From Mycoplasmatales bacterium (GTDB lineage: Bacteria; Bacillota_I; Bacilli_A; Mycoplasmatales; JABAAY01): a stretch of 47,121 bases of DNA. Position numbers and translations under genes: made by a program. Below the pieces are notes generated by a model. The model did not search any database, was not told the DNA's origin, and worked only from the letters and a program-made list of their open reading frames with translations. Location of the stretch: assembly GCA_014238525.1 (NCBI GenBank), contig JABAAY010000002.1, positions 1 through 47,121 on the forward strand, written 5' to 3'. How positions within the stretch are numbered: position 1 is the stretch's first letter; every line of letters begins with the position of its first letter. Below are positions 25,948 to 37,804 of this stretch, one piece after another.

Positions 25948-26933
25948 TATCTATTAGCCTTAAATACATTTTGAAACGCATAACCTATCATCTGTATTGA
26001 TAATGTAATTATTAGAATAAATATTATTGGGAAGAGAAGGGTAAGTGGACTTGTTGCAAGTAATTGACTCTGGTTTCCTATTATGTTGCCTAAAGTGACA
26101 TCACCAGCCGCAAAACTTAAACTAAACCCAATCGCTCCGAAAGAAGTTTCGGCTATTATCACACTAGGAATAAGAAAAATAATATTAACTATGACATAAG
26201 GAGTAACCTTTGGTATGTAATCCAAAATAATCTTGTATCTCTTGGTGCCTAATATTCTAGAAGCAACATTGTATTCTAAATTTTTTATTCTTATTACTTG
26301 TGCACGCACATTGAAGTACATTGGAATTCATAACGATATAACGAATATTAGCATAATAAAACCAAAATTAATTTGGTTTCCTCTACTAACAAATTGTGCA
26401 TAAATAATTAAAAATAAAGCAATTAAAGGAAAAAAGGTTAATATTTTTACTATTACTTGTAAGAATTGATCAAATATGCTTTCTGCGCCAGAGGAAAAAG
26501 CTCCTCCTATAATTCCCAAGGTAGTTCCTATAATAGTACACAAAACTGTTACGGCAATGGCAAGGGCCAAAGAAGTTCCGACTCCTACACCAATTAAAAG
26601 TAACATGTTGTTTCCAAAACTATCTGTGCCAAAAATATATTCAGCTGATGGTGTAGCGTTGTTAAGGACGTTTCCATTACTGCCAACAACAGGTGTAAGA
26701 ACATCAATGTTATTGGCTGCTAAGTAAATCGGCACTCCAATGACATAAGCAAGCAATAGTAAGAAAATTATTATACCTATTCAGGCAAATCAACTAGAAA
26801 AAAGCTCTTTAGATACCGTGGCTAATTTGCCGTGGTGTTTGAACTCAGAATCATCAGTTTTACTAACCTCTTTATAGAATTGTAACTGGCCTAGGGGTGT
26901 TATTGTTCTGAAAAAAGTGTTGATTTCTCCCAT
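25947..26933 (-). CDS. oppC: Oligopeptide ABC transporter permease OppC (328 aa)
   Basis: ATG at 26933 lies 1 nt after the oppB stop. The ORFs join through TGA codons. It is polytopic, with a binding-protein-dependent permease core. The stop overlaps the oppD ATG (TAATG). Confidence 0.88.
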
Positions 26934-26934
26934 T

Positions 26935-27888
26935 TTACCCTTTCCTCACTCTTGGATCTAAAACCAAATATAAAATGTCTCGTGCTGCGTACCCTAATAA
27001 AACTATAAGTGAACCAACCAAACTTATTACAAAAGCTACATTATATTCTGTTTGTTGAATGGCTTGTATTAAGTTTTTCCCGGCTCCCGGTATATTAAAA
27101 ATTGTCTCCGTAAAGGCTGCACCACTAATGGCAGCAAATAAACTAATAGGAGCAACAGTCGCAACAGGATATAAAACTTGCTTAATAGAATGCACGCTGG
27201 CAATTCTAAAATTGGATACTCCTTTTGCCTTTGCAAAAGTAATGTATTGTTCCTTGGATTCATTTATAACGGCTGTTCGCACAAGAAAAAAAGATGCTGG
27301 CAAAGATATGAATAAAATGGTAAAGAATGGAAGAATAAGAGAAATGGTTGGTCTTGCACTGTTGTAAGAAGCAGGTAAAATTTCTCCAAAATTAACAGAA
27401 CCCAAATATGAAAAGAATATTGCTAAAATGACAGCCGGGGTGCTTAATAAAACTCCGTGTATCAAAGAAAGAACACTGTCAGATGTTTTACCAACACGGT
27501 TTCCTGCAATAATTCCAAAAATTGTTCCTGCCAAAATAGAAAGAGCAGTTGCTGGCAATGTGTATTGCAATGATGTTAGGAAATAAGAAAAAACAAATTG
27601 AGTTACCTGTAATCCAGGAGAGGACACGTATGATACCCCAAGAGAACCTGTTTGTAAAAAAAGTGAAGCATATCTTATAAATTGTTCGCCAAGTGGCAGA
27701 TCTAACCCTAGTTCCCTTCTTCGAAATTCAATTTGTTCGGGGGTTGTTCCTTGTCCAACTGCTCCAACATTACCGGGAAGGCTTCTGAATAAAAAGAAGA
27801 AAATAATGAAAAGCAAAACGGAAAAAAAGATTATTTCAAAGAAAGTAAGGAGTAGTCTTAATAATATTTTTTTTGAGTGTTCTGACAT
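26935..27888 (-). CDS. oppB: Oligopeptide ABC transporter permease OppB (317 aa)
   Basis: Single ORF. It has the typical OppB N-terminal TM segment followed by LPGNV......ELGLDLPLGEQFIRY, then a permease core. Confidence 0.9.
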   Translation of the reverse strand: MSEHSKKILLRLLLTFFEIIFFSVLLFIIFFFLFRSLPGNVGAVGQGTTPEQIEFRRRELGLDLPLGEQFIRYASLFLQTGSLGVSYVSSPGLQVTQFVFSYFLTSLQYTLPATALSILAGTIFGIIAGNRVGKTSDSVLSLIHGVLLSTPAVILAIFFSYLGSVNFGEILPASYNSARPTISLILPFFTILFISLPASFFLVRTAVINESKEQYITFAKAKGVSNFRIASVHSIKQVLYPVATVAPISLFAAISGAAFTETIFNIPGAGKNLIQAIQQTEYNVAFVISLVGSLIVLLGYAARDILYLVLDPRVRKG

Positions 27889-30695
27889 TAAAATATGTTT
27901 CCTCCATTGGAAGCACTTACAAATTGAGAAACTGTTGGTAATTGATAGGTACGGCCGTTAATTGTAGCTATTGTTCCATCAAGATAACCGTTGTAATAGG
28001 AAAAGAATCCTGTTGAACTTTCTGCTAATCCTGCTATTCTATTCACTGTTGTTTGAGCTTGACTGATGGTGTAACCCATTGCTGGAATATCGTTGTAAAA
28101 AGCCTTAAGAAGCGTGTTGATATATCCTCATTGTGAAGCATCACTATCATAGAAGTTATTAGAAGCATTTGACACGGTTAAATTAGGTAAATCACTAAAT
28201 ACTTGACCAGCAGTTACAGTGGTAGCAGAACCAGAAGAGGAGAAGGGACCCATTCCATTTAAATTTAAATTGTTTTGATTTCTTAAATTTGCTGATCCTT
28301 GTTCAGAACTTGGGTTACTTCAGAAATCATAATATTCTGATGTCGCAAAGGATCAATTTCCACCAGAAGCTAAAGCAAATGTTGGATCTGTTTGCCCGAA
28401 TATTCCACTAAAAAAGTCAAATGGTGTATTTGTATCTGCACCTCATCCACGAATAGATAAATCGAAGTTGTGTGTTGTTCCGAAAATTCCCGTTTGAGAA
28501 AAGAATTGTGATGTCGGTATTATGTTGTCCTGAAATCCAAGATTAAGACGAGGAGACATACTACTAAGTGTATCTAATCCTTCTTGTAGTCACAACACAT
28601 AAGGAGGTACGCCGCCAGTTCCAGATCCCGCACTCCTCGCAAAACTAATTGTCCTCGAAAGCGAAGCAGCACCATCTGGTGTACTTTGTAAAAATTGATT
28701 TAAAAAATATTGAGCAATTTGTAAACTAAACCTTTGGTCTGTTCTAGCTGATTCAGGAATGGTTAATCAAGTGTTTAAATCATACGTATTAGAAGAAAAA
28801 CCTCCTGAATTTAAGATGTTGTCATAAACTGTGCTACCGGCTGAACTAGAAAGGTCTCCTGTAAGAACACTATTCCCTGAACCTGTATATTGGATAACTG
28901 CTCCTGAAGTTTGAAATTCAAATCCTTCGGACTCAACAGGAATTGCTCTTCCGTCATTGTTAATATAATATTCAACTCCGTTCGAATCGGTTACTCTTCC
29001 AGCTGAATAGTCTGTTAAACTTATCGACACATTCCCCTGATTTCCAGTTGTGCCTATAGGAATTGAAACCCTTGAGTCACCACCTAAGTTATAAGGAATG
29101 AATGCTGATTTTGCAGGAATAATGGTTGCAGTTTGAGCAAGTTGGTCAACTCTTTGAGCGTTTAATACTCATGAAAAAGCTCTCCTAAAATTTACATCAA
29201 AAATAGGAGATGTTTGAGCATTTCTAGCCATGGCTCCTGTGTTACTGTTAGGCGCTAAGAAATATGAAAAATAAAATAATGCTGGCGATCCTGTGTTTGT
29301 AATACGATATGGAGCAAGGGCTGCCTCTCTTAGTTCTGGACGATTAGCGTCTGTCACGGTCACGTTGTTAGCTAAACTACCAATAGCTCAATCAAGAGCC
29401 CCAGCGCGAAAATTTTGATAATATCCTCCTGATGCTGCAGTTTGAATAATAACTCCATCATTTAGGGTGTTATCAGCCTTATAATATGCGTCACTTTTTG
29501 CAAATGTCCCACTAAATCCATAAATAACATCACTATATCTGAAGGGGCCGCTTGTAATCGTGCTGAAGGGTGCAGCAAAATAATCGCTGCCTGATTCTGT
29601 TTGTCTAGAATTATAAAATTCCATGTTTGTTGGGAACGAACTTCCGTGTGTTAGTAAAGAAAGAAAAGTTTCGTTAGGAGGAAGAAAATCAAATAAATAT
29701 GTGATTGATTTTGCAGGAACCATTCCTGTGTTTAAGCCTGCAATTTCTGAACTATTAAAATAGTTTCTTATTTCTGAACTGTACTGTGAAGTTCAATTAA
29801 TTTGACCCAGTGATTCAATAGATTGAGGAGAGTCACCGTCATTAAAAATAACTCCGAAACCAGTTGTACAAGAATTCAATCTTCCTCATGCGACGTTTCT
29901 TTCTGATTCGTTCTGGCTATCATCAAAGGAAGTGAAACAAGCATTAGGTCCCGCTAAAGCACCTAAAGGTGCAAGCTGAGTTCATGGTGCAATAGTTCCA
30001 CTGTTTCTAGCCAAAATTATTCTTAAAGTGTTGTAATAATCACTTGGCAAAACATCTGCGGTTTCTCTAGTCGTTATTCCGTTTTCTTCAATTCTATCCA
30101 AAAAGTTATCATTTTGATCTCTTCACCTTGGTGAATTAACTGTCCCGTTTGTTGGATCTGTGTTATCTCCCATTAAAAAGGTAAAACCACGATACGAGGT
30201 TGTTTCTTGTCCATCGGACTGTTCAACATCGTTAATTCAAAGAGGGCGATAATATTCAGCAACTGCGGGGTCTCTTCTTTCTCTTCTCACTAGTCCATTT
30301 TGACCGGGTTGTGCAAATGGAGAAGAAGAGCTTTCAAATACCAAATTGTTTCCTTCTTGGTCTGTAACGTTCCCATTAAAGGCATACGATAATGGTTGAA
30401 TATCAAGTAGTTCATTGAACCCACCTTCCAAGTCAATGTTCCCCACTGGACTATTCATAATATCTAGACTGTTTCTTGGTGTAATTAAAGGTGTTTCGAC
30501 TAGTGAAGCGGCATTTATAGGTGAAGCTAAATTATCAATTAAATAATTAAGGCCATCTCAAGAAAGGTCTCCTAGAGTTAAAAAGCCTCTTGTTGTCTGA
30601 GGTGCACAGGCTTGTGCTACAGTTGTGGCAAATCCTAGTCCTAAAGCGGAAACTACCCCGGCTAATAGGTGCTTTTTGATTCTTTTCTTACTCAA
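27888..30695 (-). CDS. oppA: Oligopeptide-binding lipoprotein OppA-like (935 aa)
   Basis: All five track pieces are in one frame, and I checked every intervening codon (TGA only). TTG start at 30695 has AAGGAAGG upstream. Signal peptide plus lipobox: MSKKRIKKHLLAGVVSALGLGFATTVAQAC. It is the first gene of the opp operon, and its stop overlaps the oppB ATG. Confidence 0.75.
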
Positions 30696-30757
30696 AATAT
30701 CCTTCCTTCTAAGAATGAATGTATACTATTTATTATAATAAATAATGTTACAGGGCG

Positions 30758-31627
30758 CTATTCTACGATTACTTTTTTTAGCAAAGTAAATGCTTTATTG
30801 CTCATGGACGAACCCAAAAAAATCTCAATTGGAAGCAAAATAATGTGTGGTAACAACGAGATTAAAAATGGTATTCCTAGTAAAATTTGGAAATAAAATG
30901 GAGTTGCAAGTAAACTTAATGGGGAAAACAGAAGAACACATACGATGGTAAACTTTAAAACATCGGTGTTTTTTTTATTCGAATAAAAATGGAAAAAAGA
31001 AAATGCAGAAAAAATAGAAGCACCAATTGTTCCCATGAGTAAAATAATAATTCCTTGAAATTCAACAGAGAGAGAGGATAACAAATTAGCGCTTGTGAAT
31101 AATTCATGAATAAAACTATTTCAAAAGTTTATTTGAACAATTTGAAAAATCCATCCCGCCATTAACAAAAGGTATATTGCTACATTGGTGACAATTAAAA
31201 AGTGTGGTTTTATCCCTATTTTTTTATTAAACAAGTGGATTAATAAACCTGGAATAAACCCAATTAAACAAGCATTGAGTAAAAAGCCAGCAAAGAAAAC
31301 TCCTCCAGACAGAGCAAATCCAAGATTATTTGCCGTGAACCCCACCAAAACCCCAAAAAAAGGACCATAAAAGACACTGACAAGAATTATTGTAACATCG
31401 CCGGTAATCCTTAACAAGGATCCTACAAATGGCACAACATAGGCATAATTGGAAGCAATTGTTAGGACAACGTTCATTGCCAAAAGCAAGGCACAGACCG
31501 TAATTTTTTGCTTTGAAAAAGAAAAACTAAACCTCGAATATTTCTTTTGTACGGCAGTAGCCATAGCGAAGACTACTAAGATTAGGAATGCAAATACAAC
31601 ATTAATAACTATCATGTTGGTTGTCAT
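30758..31627 (-). CDS. Polytopic membrane protein (289 aa); N-terminal half resembles an ECF-transporter S component
   Basis: Two ORFs join at TGA 31121. There are 8 or more hydrophobic segments. The motif-like stretch GDVTIILVSVFYGPFFGVLVGFTANNLG parallels the other S-like protein at 32725..33621. The start overlaps the folC 3' end. Confidence 0.55.
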
Positions 31628-32735
31628 TAACGTATTTTAGCACATTTCCAATAAAATAAAAACTACCCGTAAATACAAAAGTTGTTTTTGAGTCAATGGT
31701 TTTTAAGTAATCAGAAAGGGGTGTAAGTGCGATTTTGTGAGTCTTTTGTAAACTCTTAGATGAATCAAACGTAACATACTTTACCGAGAAAAGTTGTTTT
31801 GACAAAAGACTAACCATGGGTTTCCATTTTTTTTCTTTGTTAATTCCTACAACAACAGTACACTTATTTTGAAATGTTTCACTTATTTTAAAAATCAAGT
31901 GTTTTAGCCCTTCTATGTTATGTGCTGGGTCAACATAAATGTTGTTGCTAATTCTACTGAACCGATACTCCACGCTGTGTTTTTTAATTATATTCTTTTC
32001 TTGATTCACTTTTTTAAGAATGAAATTGACAAATGAAATGTTTTTTTTAAAAAAATCTTGTGATTTGGTTTGAAAACAATAATTTTGTATGTCGTTAGTT
32101 AACAAGTGTTTTTCTATAAGCAAATTGATTTTCCTATATGGCGTTCTTGTTCAAAAAAAGACCTTTGTTTTATCAGCAACTCTTTTTTTGTTATTTGTTA
32201 TTTTTGAATAAGAGTGTCCAAGTACTTTTTCATGATCTTTACTAATAGAAGTTAAAGCTGCATATTGATGAGGAATGTAATTTACGCAGTCTCACAAAGC
32301 TCCTATTCCACATTCTAAAATACAGAAGTCAATTTTGTTTTGTCTAAAAAAGAATAAGGCTAGAAGAGTCATGACTTCGAAAAAACCAAAATTTTCAAGA
32401 TTAGTAATTTCACTAACTTTCTTGTATGTTTCAATAAAGGCAAAATCTGATATGTTGTGATTGTTAATTCTTATTCGTTCGTTTACGGTTAATACATGGG
32501 GACTAGTGAATGTTCCTACTTTTTTATAATGTTTAGCGAAAGCTTTCCCCAAAAGTTGTGTTGTGCTGCTCTTCCCGTTTGTGCCTGCAACAGCAAACAC
32601 AGTAAAATCGTTTTCATATATTTCTAGCTTTCGTAATGTTTCTACAAAAGTTTTCTTCCTTTTTTTCTTATTATAATTGCTTCTTTGAGAAAAAATTTTT
32701 TGGGTTAGTTTGGCAAACTCGTCCTTAATAAACAT
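31602..32735 (-). CDS. folC: Folylpolyglutamate synthase/dihydrofolate synthase (Mur ligase family, 377 aa)
   Basis: Two ORFs join through TGA codons. P-loop FAVAGTNGKSST, then FTSPHVLTVNERIRIN and FFEVMTLLALFFF..IDFCILECGIG. Confidence 0.85.
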
Positions 32736-33621
32736 CCTCGGCTTTCCGGAGGAGAGAGGCTAATGTTTTTCAAACAAAATAAATAATTATTGTATTAAAT
32801 GCAAGTTCAAAAGGAGCAATAATTAACCTGCCTAAAAATAGCGAAGAATAGGTTATGGGAATTCCGAGTGCTTGAATATCAGCTCATGGCGTTATCAAAA
32901 CCGCTACAAAATATTCAGTCAGCACACTTAGAAAGAAAATAGGAAGTATTGTTTGGAGTTTAGATTTTCTCTTCGGATGTCTAAAAAATAAAATAATACC
33001 GAAATAAAATAAAGAAACCATAGCAATACTCAAAACTATTAGAACTATGCCTGCTTCTCCAGGAATACTTACTCCTCCTCCTTGGCTGTTTCCTGAAAAT
33101 ATAGGAATCGAACCAGCCAATCCTTGTGGTCCTGTCAACAAAATAATCAAGCCGATTATGGTGAAGATAAATAAAATGGTGGTGGTTCAAAAACTAGTGG
33201 TGGTTTTTAATTTTTTGGAATGGCTCAATATTTTACATAATCCTCCAAACAATCCGTAAAGCAAAATAGCTATTGTATAACCCGGCTGAATAAAATTTGG
33301 CCTTAAAAGAAGAACGAGAATCTCGGTTACAATCCCCATTAATACTCCGACAAGAGGTCCAAAAGCGAACCCACCAATTTTAATTAAAATTCCCTCAAAA
33401 GCAATCCTGAATCCAGGATATGCAACAAGCGGAGTATAGGTGGTGACTAAAATTACAAGCGCAACGCTTATAGACGACAAAATAGCGGTATACGTAATTC
33501 TTTTGGTCGGTATCTTCAGCTCTTTTTTTAAAAAGTGAAGAAATTTACGAAAATTCAACCCACTAATTTTTTGACGAGATTTAATGAATCTACTTAGTGC
33601 GTTCGAATTTTTCTTTTCCAT
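32725..33621 (-). CDS. ECF-transporter S-component-like membrane protein (298 aa)
   Basis: ORFs 33187..33621 and 32884..33150 join in frame through TGA codons and extend to TAA 32725, overlapping the folC ATG by 11 nt. The stretch IKIGGFAFGPLVGVLMGIVTEILVLLL is typical of S components. Confidence 0.6.
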
Positions 33622-33632
33622 TCCTTATGATG

Positions 33633-34304
33633 TTATCAAAGAATAGGAGTTAACTTACTATGTTCGAGAATTTCATTTATTTTTTTAAAAACATTTTTTC
33701 TGTAGAAATTTTTATTGAAAGCAAAAGGTGATGGATGACTTGTCTTAATAATGTAATAAGTACTTAAATTTAATTTTTCGATTATGTTATGTGCATGCGT
33801 TCCCATGGCTAAGAAAACTACCGTTTTTTTTCTTTGGACAATTTCCTTTAAAACATTTTTAGTAAATATTTCTCATCCGAAATTACGATGCGACAATGGA
33901 AGACCTTCTCTAACCGTTAAAATTGTATTTAAAAGAAAAACACCTTGTGTTGCCCACTGTGTTAAATCTGAAGATTTTGGTGTTGTGTGAAATTCAAATT
34001 TTATCTGTTTAAAAATATTTTTCAAACTTGGAGGTGTGACGTTGTTTTTAGTGCTAAAAGCAAAACCATCAGCAAAATTTTTAGTATGGTACGGGTCTTG
34101 CCCTAAAATCACCACTTTAATGTTTTTGAATTCGGCTTTTCTAAATATTCTAAATATGTCATGAAAAAGGGGATAGCATGTTTCCTTACTAAATTCATTT
34201 TGAATTTTATCGGAAAGCCCAACAAAGTATTCTTTCCTACTTTCTTTTTCTAGAAAGGGTCTTCAATCGTTGTCTATTCTGTGAATTTCTTCTATAAGGT
34301 TCAT
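33633..34304 (-). CDS. ung: Uracil-DNA glycosylase (223 aa)
   Basis: ATG at 34304. Motifs: VVILGQDPYH, GVFLLNTILTVREG, and HPSP in the C-terminal part after TGA 33873. TAA at 33633. Confidence 0.92.
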
Positions 34305-34313
34305 TACTTTTTA

Positions 34314-34634
34314 TTAAGAAGGAAAAATTAGTCCTCCAGCAAACAGAACTATAATGATTATTATCACGGCAGCAACAACTAGAGTAACATTGATTATAAA
34401 AAATGTTGAAAATCCAAATGTTTTATCCGGTGTTTTAATTTTTCTTTCTTCAGTATTTAAGACAGGAGATGGTGAAGCATTTTTCTTCTTTTTTATTGTC
34501 TTAGCAAGAATAGGATTTTCGATATTTTTACTTGATGTAAATTCTTCGTGCTCGTTAATCTTGTTTTTGGGTAGTTTTACTATTACAATTTCCCGAGGGT
34601 TTTTTTTATTATTTTGGGCTGTGTGTTTTTTCAA
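34314..34634 (-). CDS. Hypothetical tail-anchored membrane protein (106 aa), TTG start uncertain
   Basis: Lys-rich N-terminal region and one C-terminal TM segment (FFIINVTLVVAAVIIIIIVLFAGGLIF). There is no internal ATG, and the only plausible start is TTG 34634, which lies inside the upstream ORF. Confidence 0.4.
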   Translation of the reverse strand: MKKHTAQNNKKNPREIVIVKLPKNKINEHEEFTSSKNIENPILAKTIKKKKNASPSPVLNTEERKIKTPDKTFGFSTFFIINVTLVVAAVIIIIIVLFAGGLIFPS

Positions 34635-34845
34635 TCTCTTCCCTTATTTTTAAATAGTCAAAATAATTAATGGAACGATATTTATTATTAAATGTTTCAA
34701 TAAATATTTTTGCGCCTTTCGTAATGTATGCTTTTAAACAAAATTTGATAGCTTCTTGTTCACTTGCAAAGCGGCGAATAGTATTGCCTTTTTTACTTTT
34801 TTTTACAATCCACTTTTTGTTTTCTTGCATAATGAAGATGTTCAT
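34609..34845 (-). CDS. Small DUF2188-like protein (78 aa)
   Basis: The pattern KKWIVKKSKKGNTIRRFASEQEAIKFCLKAY...GAKIFIE matches the W-x-V...f-x-t-x-x-E-A pattern I recall for DUF2188 proteins. Confidence 0.45.
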   Translation of the reverse strand: MNIFIMQENKKWIVKKSKKGNTIRRFASEQEAIKFCLKAYITKGAKIFIETFNNKYRSINYFDYLKIREEIEKTHSPK

Positions 34846-34909
34846 AAGAATATTGTAAATAAAAAATTTATTTTTTTAAAATATATTTGGTTTATTATAT
34901 ACTGATATT

Positions 34910-35161
34910 ATGAAACCACAACAAAAAGCAGTGCGCGCAAAAAATCCTGTAAAGAAAACAACCAAACCCGCGAAGAAAAATAAAAAAAATTCCAAAACAC
35001 CAGCAATTAGAAACATTAAACGAATAACCTTTATTAGTGTTGTAAGTTTAGCGGCGTTAGGTATCAACACAGTTGTCAATAAAATAAGATCCATGTTTGC
35101 AAACACACCAAAAAGCAAAAAATCTGATGTTAATGTTGAAGAAGAACACACAAATAAATAA
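34910..35161 (+). CDS. Small basic single-TM protein (83 aa)
   Basis: ATG start, a Lys-rich N-terminus and one TM segment (ITFISVVSLAALGINTVV). I prefer it over the antisense Phe-rich ORF 34876..35151. Confidence 0.4.
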   Translation: MKPQQKAVRAKNPVKKTTKPAKKNKKNSKTPAIRNIKRITFISVVSLAALGINTVVNKIRSMFANTPKSKKSDVNVEEEHTNK

Positions 35162-35194
35162 CTCCTAAATTAAAAATTTGAAAGATTCAATGTC

Positions 35195-35893
35195 TTAGGT
35201 TGGAAGTTGAACATTCGTTACATTAAACAAAAAATTACTAGGATTTAAATAGAATACAGTTTGTGCGCTTGGAGCGTTATCTCCTTGATAAGTAATTTCT
35301 TCCCTTACTACTCCGCCGCCTGGTGTTGTATTTATATTAAGGGCGTTTATTTCAACATCTGCGGTTAATGCTAACGAAGTTCCATCTTGTAAATTAATTT
35401 CACCAATTATTGTCAAATTTATAGGTGATGAGGCGTCGGCTGCTGAATCAAATTTAATGCCTAGATTTGTGCCGGAAACAGAGTTTGAATTTGCAACAGG
35501 ATTGTTGACATCAAAAAAAGAAACTCCGCTTGGTAAAACATTATTTGCAGAAAAAGAAATTGGTGTTATTGTACGAAATAGATATTCGCTTGTGAAACCA
35601 CTAACATTTGTGTCAGCAGAAACAGGACGACAATTACTGCTAAATCCTGCTGTTTGGCAAGATTCATTTAGACTACCCCAAAGACTGCGGTGAGAACTAA
35701 AATTACCATCTGTGTCGTTAGAAATAACATTTCCAAAAACTATACGTCTAAAATAATTACTATTCATATTAGTGACAGTCGCAGTGGAGGGAGGACCGCA
35801 TTGTTGCGCAACAGCCGCAATTGTTCCTATACCTAATATTCCTAAGCTTCCTAAACTGGCAACGATTTTTTTATAATTTCTTTTTTTGTCCAT
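35195..35893 (-). CDS. Surface lipoprotein (232 aa)
   Basis: Signal peptide plus lipobox: MDKKRNYKKIVASLGSLGILGIGTIAAVAQQC. The mature part is Ser/Thr/Asn-rich. Single ORF ending in TAA. Confidence 0.75.
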   Translation of the reverse strand: MDKKRNYKKIVASLGSLGILGIGTIAAVAQQCGPPSTATVTNMNSNYFRRIVFGNVISNDTDGNFSSHRSLWGSLNESCQTAGFSSNCRPVSADTNVSGFTSEYLFRTITPISFSANNVLPSGVSFFDVNNPVANSNSVSGTNLGIKFDSAADASSPINLTIIGEINLQDGTSLALTADVEINALNINTTPGGGVVREEITYQGDNAPSAQTVFYLNPSNFLFNVTNVQLPT

Positions 35894-35902
35894 ATTTGTA
35901 TT

Positions 35903-37282
35903 TTACCCTTTGTTTTTAATATAATCTTCGAATAAACCATATTCTTTTATAAATTTCAGACTTACTGTTTTAGTAGCACCATTTCTGTTTTTTGCGATAA
36001 TTAAATCTGTTGCCACCGCTTTGGCAATTGAGGAACTTTTTTCTTCTTCGTCGTTTTCTTCTCGATTATAATAATCATCGCGATATAAAAACATAATTAA
36101 GTCTGCATCCTGTTCAATGGCTCCTGATTCTCTTAAATCACTCATTAGCGGTCTTTTATCTTCTCTTTTCTCTGGACTACGACTCAATTGTGAAAGCGTC
36201 ATGATTGGAATATTTAAATCCCTTGCGAGAATTTTTAGTCCTCTGGATATAGAGGCAACTTCTTGCTGTCGGTTTTCACCAGGTTTCTGGTGTACCAACA
36301 TTTGCAAGTAATCGATGATAACTAATAATATTTCTTGGTTGTTTTGTTCGAGTATTTTTGCTTCTCTATGCACCTTCGCTTGAATATTAGCCAACGAAAG
36401 ATCAGCAGTATCATCAATTAAAATATTGTAGGAAGACAGTCTATCAATAGAAGTATTAATTTTTTTTCAATCTTCTTCTTTCAGGAAACGGGGCGAATTT
36501 ATTTTTGAGCCATATATAAGTGTTTCTGCAGAAATAATTTTTTTTAGGATTTGTTTTTTAGGCATTTCTATGGAAAAGAAAAGAACTGCTCCTTTGTTTC
36601 GGTTTTGGAAGGCGGCTCTCTGCGCCATGTTTACAGCGAGAGTTGTTTTCCCCATAGATGGTCTTGCCGCGAGAATGGATAGTTCTCCTTTTTGAAATCC
36701 ATTTGTCGTACTATCTAGAAAACGATAACCACTAGTTACTCCGGTTAGTTTATCGGGATTATTTTGTTGATTAATCAAATCTTCTCTTACTTGTTTTCCG
36801 ATTATGAAAGCAGGTTCAAAATCCACTTTTGATTTTGAAATGGTTGCAGATAAAATTTTTTGTTGTATCTGAGAAAAAGAATCTTCGGAGCTAACGGACG
36901 GTTTATTGACAATCTTAATACCTTCTTCAAGCGCATACAGTATTTTTCTCTTTTGTGATCTTTCAATTATAATCCCTAAATAATCAGTCAAAGTACTGTC
37001 GCTAATTCAATAACTTATTATGTTGCTAATATAGTGTTCGCCCCCAACTTTGGCTAAATTACCGTTTTCTTTTAAATTATTCACAAGTGTGTTTGCATCA
37101 ATTTGTTTGCCATTTGCATACAAGGAAACGATTGCGGCAAAAAGAATGTTGTTTTGTCTTGAAGAAAAATCATCAGCCGATATTTTCACAATTGCATCAT
37201 CAAGTCCTTTGTTATCGTTTATCAGTGTCCCAATAACGGCATTTTCAATTTCTCTTAAATTGGCGGAATTATTTATGTCCAT
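35903..37282 (-). CDS. dnaB: Replicative DNA helicase DnaB (459 aa)
   Basis: Three ORFs join at TGA 36467 and 37007. Motifs: GVTSGYRFLD, Walker A AARPSMGKTT, Walker B LVIIDYLQ, SQLSR and IAKNRNG. Confidence 0.95.
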
Positions 37283-37724
37283 CTTCCTTCTCTACAACAA
37301 CATTAATTTTTGCAATAATATCTTTGTGAATTTTTATTTCTATGGTGCTGCTTCCTATTTCCCTAATGTTCTCGTTCTCCGTTATTTGATTGTGTTTTAA
37401 CTGTAAATTATGTAAATTATTAAGCTCATTAACTATTTGTTTAGGCGTTATGCTGCCGTATGTATGATTATTTTCAAAACGAAGTTTAAATTTAATTTGT
37501 TCTTTTTCAAGTAGTTTTTTTATTTCAAGACTTTTTTGGATTTCTTTATTTTCTTTTATTTTTTGAGTGGTTTTCTTAAAGTTTAATTCGGTTATGTTTT
37601 CTGGTGTGTATTCAACCGCAATTTTTTTAGGCAATAAATAATTATAAGCATAGCCGCTATTTACATCAATTATTGAGTCCTTTTTCTGTTTTTTGTTAAG
37701 ATCTTTTATTAAAATAACTTTCAT
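37269..37724 (-). CDS. rplI: 50S ribosomal protein L9 (151 aa)
   Basis: The N-terminus MKVILIKDL......V..GYAYNYLLPKKIA is the canonical L9 N-terminus. It lies between gdpP and dnaB, as in Bacillus. Confidence 0.92.
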   Translation of the reverse strand: MKVILIKDLNKKQKKDSIIDVNSGYAYNYLLPKKIAVEYTPENITELNFKKTTQKIKENKEIQKSLEIKKLLEKEQIKFKLRFENNHTYGSITPKQIVNELNNLHNLQLKHNQITENENIREIGSSTIEIKIHKDIIAKINVVVEKEDGHK

Positions 37725-37804
37725 GAATTTCCTTTATTGTATTTAATGTTACTACAAATTTATACACATATTTATTCCAAAAAACATATTTTAAAAACAA
37801 AGCA

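Noticed and set aside
34876-35151. 91-aa minus-strand Phe-rich ORF.
   Set aside because: It is the complement of the Lys-rich plus-strand ORF 34910..35161. Its poly-Phe composition is the expected mirror of AAA/AAG-rich coding, so I preferred the plus-strand ORF, though with low confidence.
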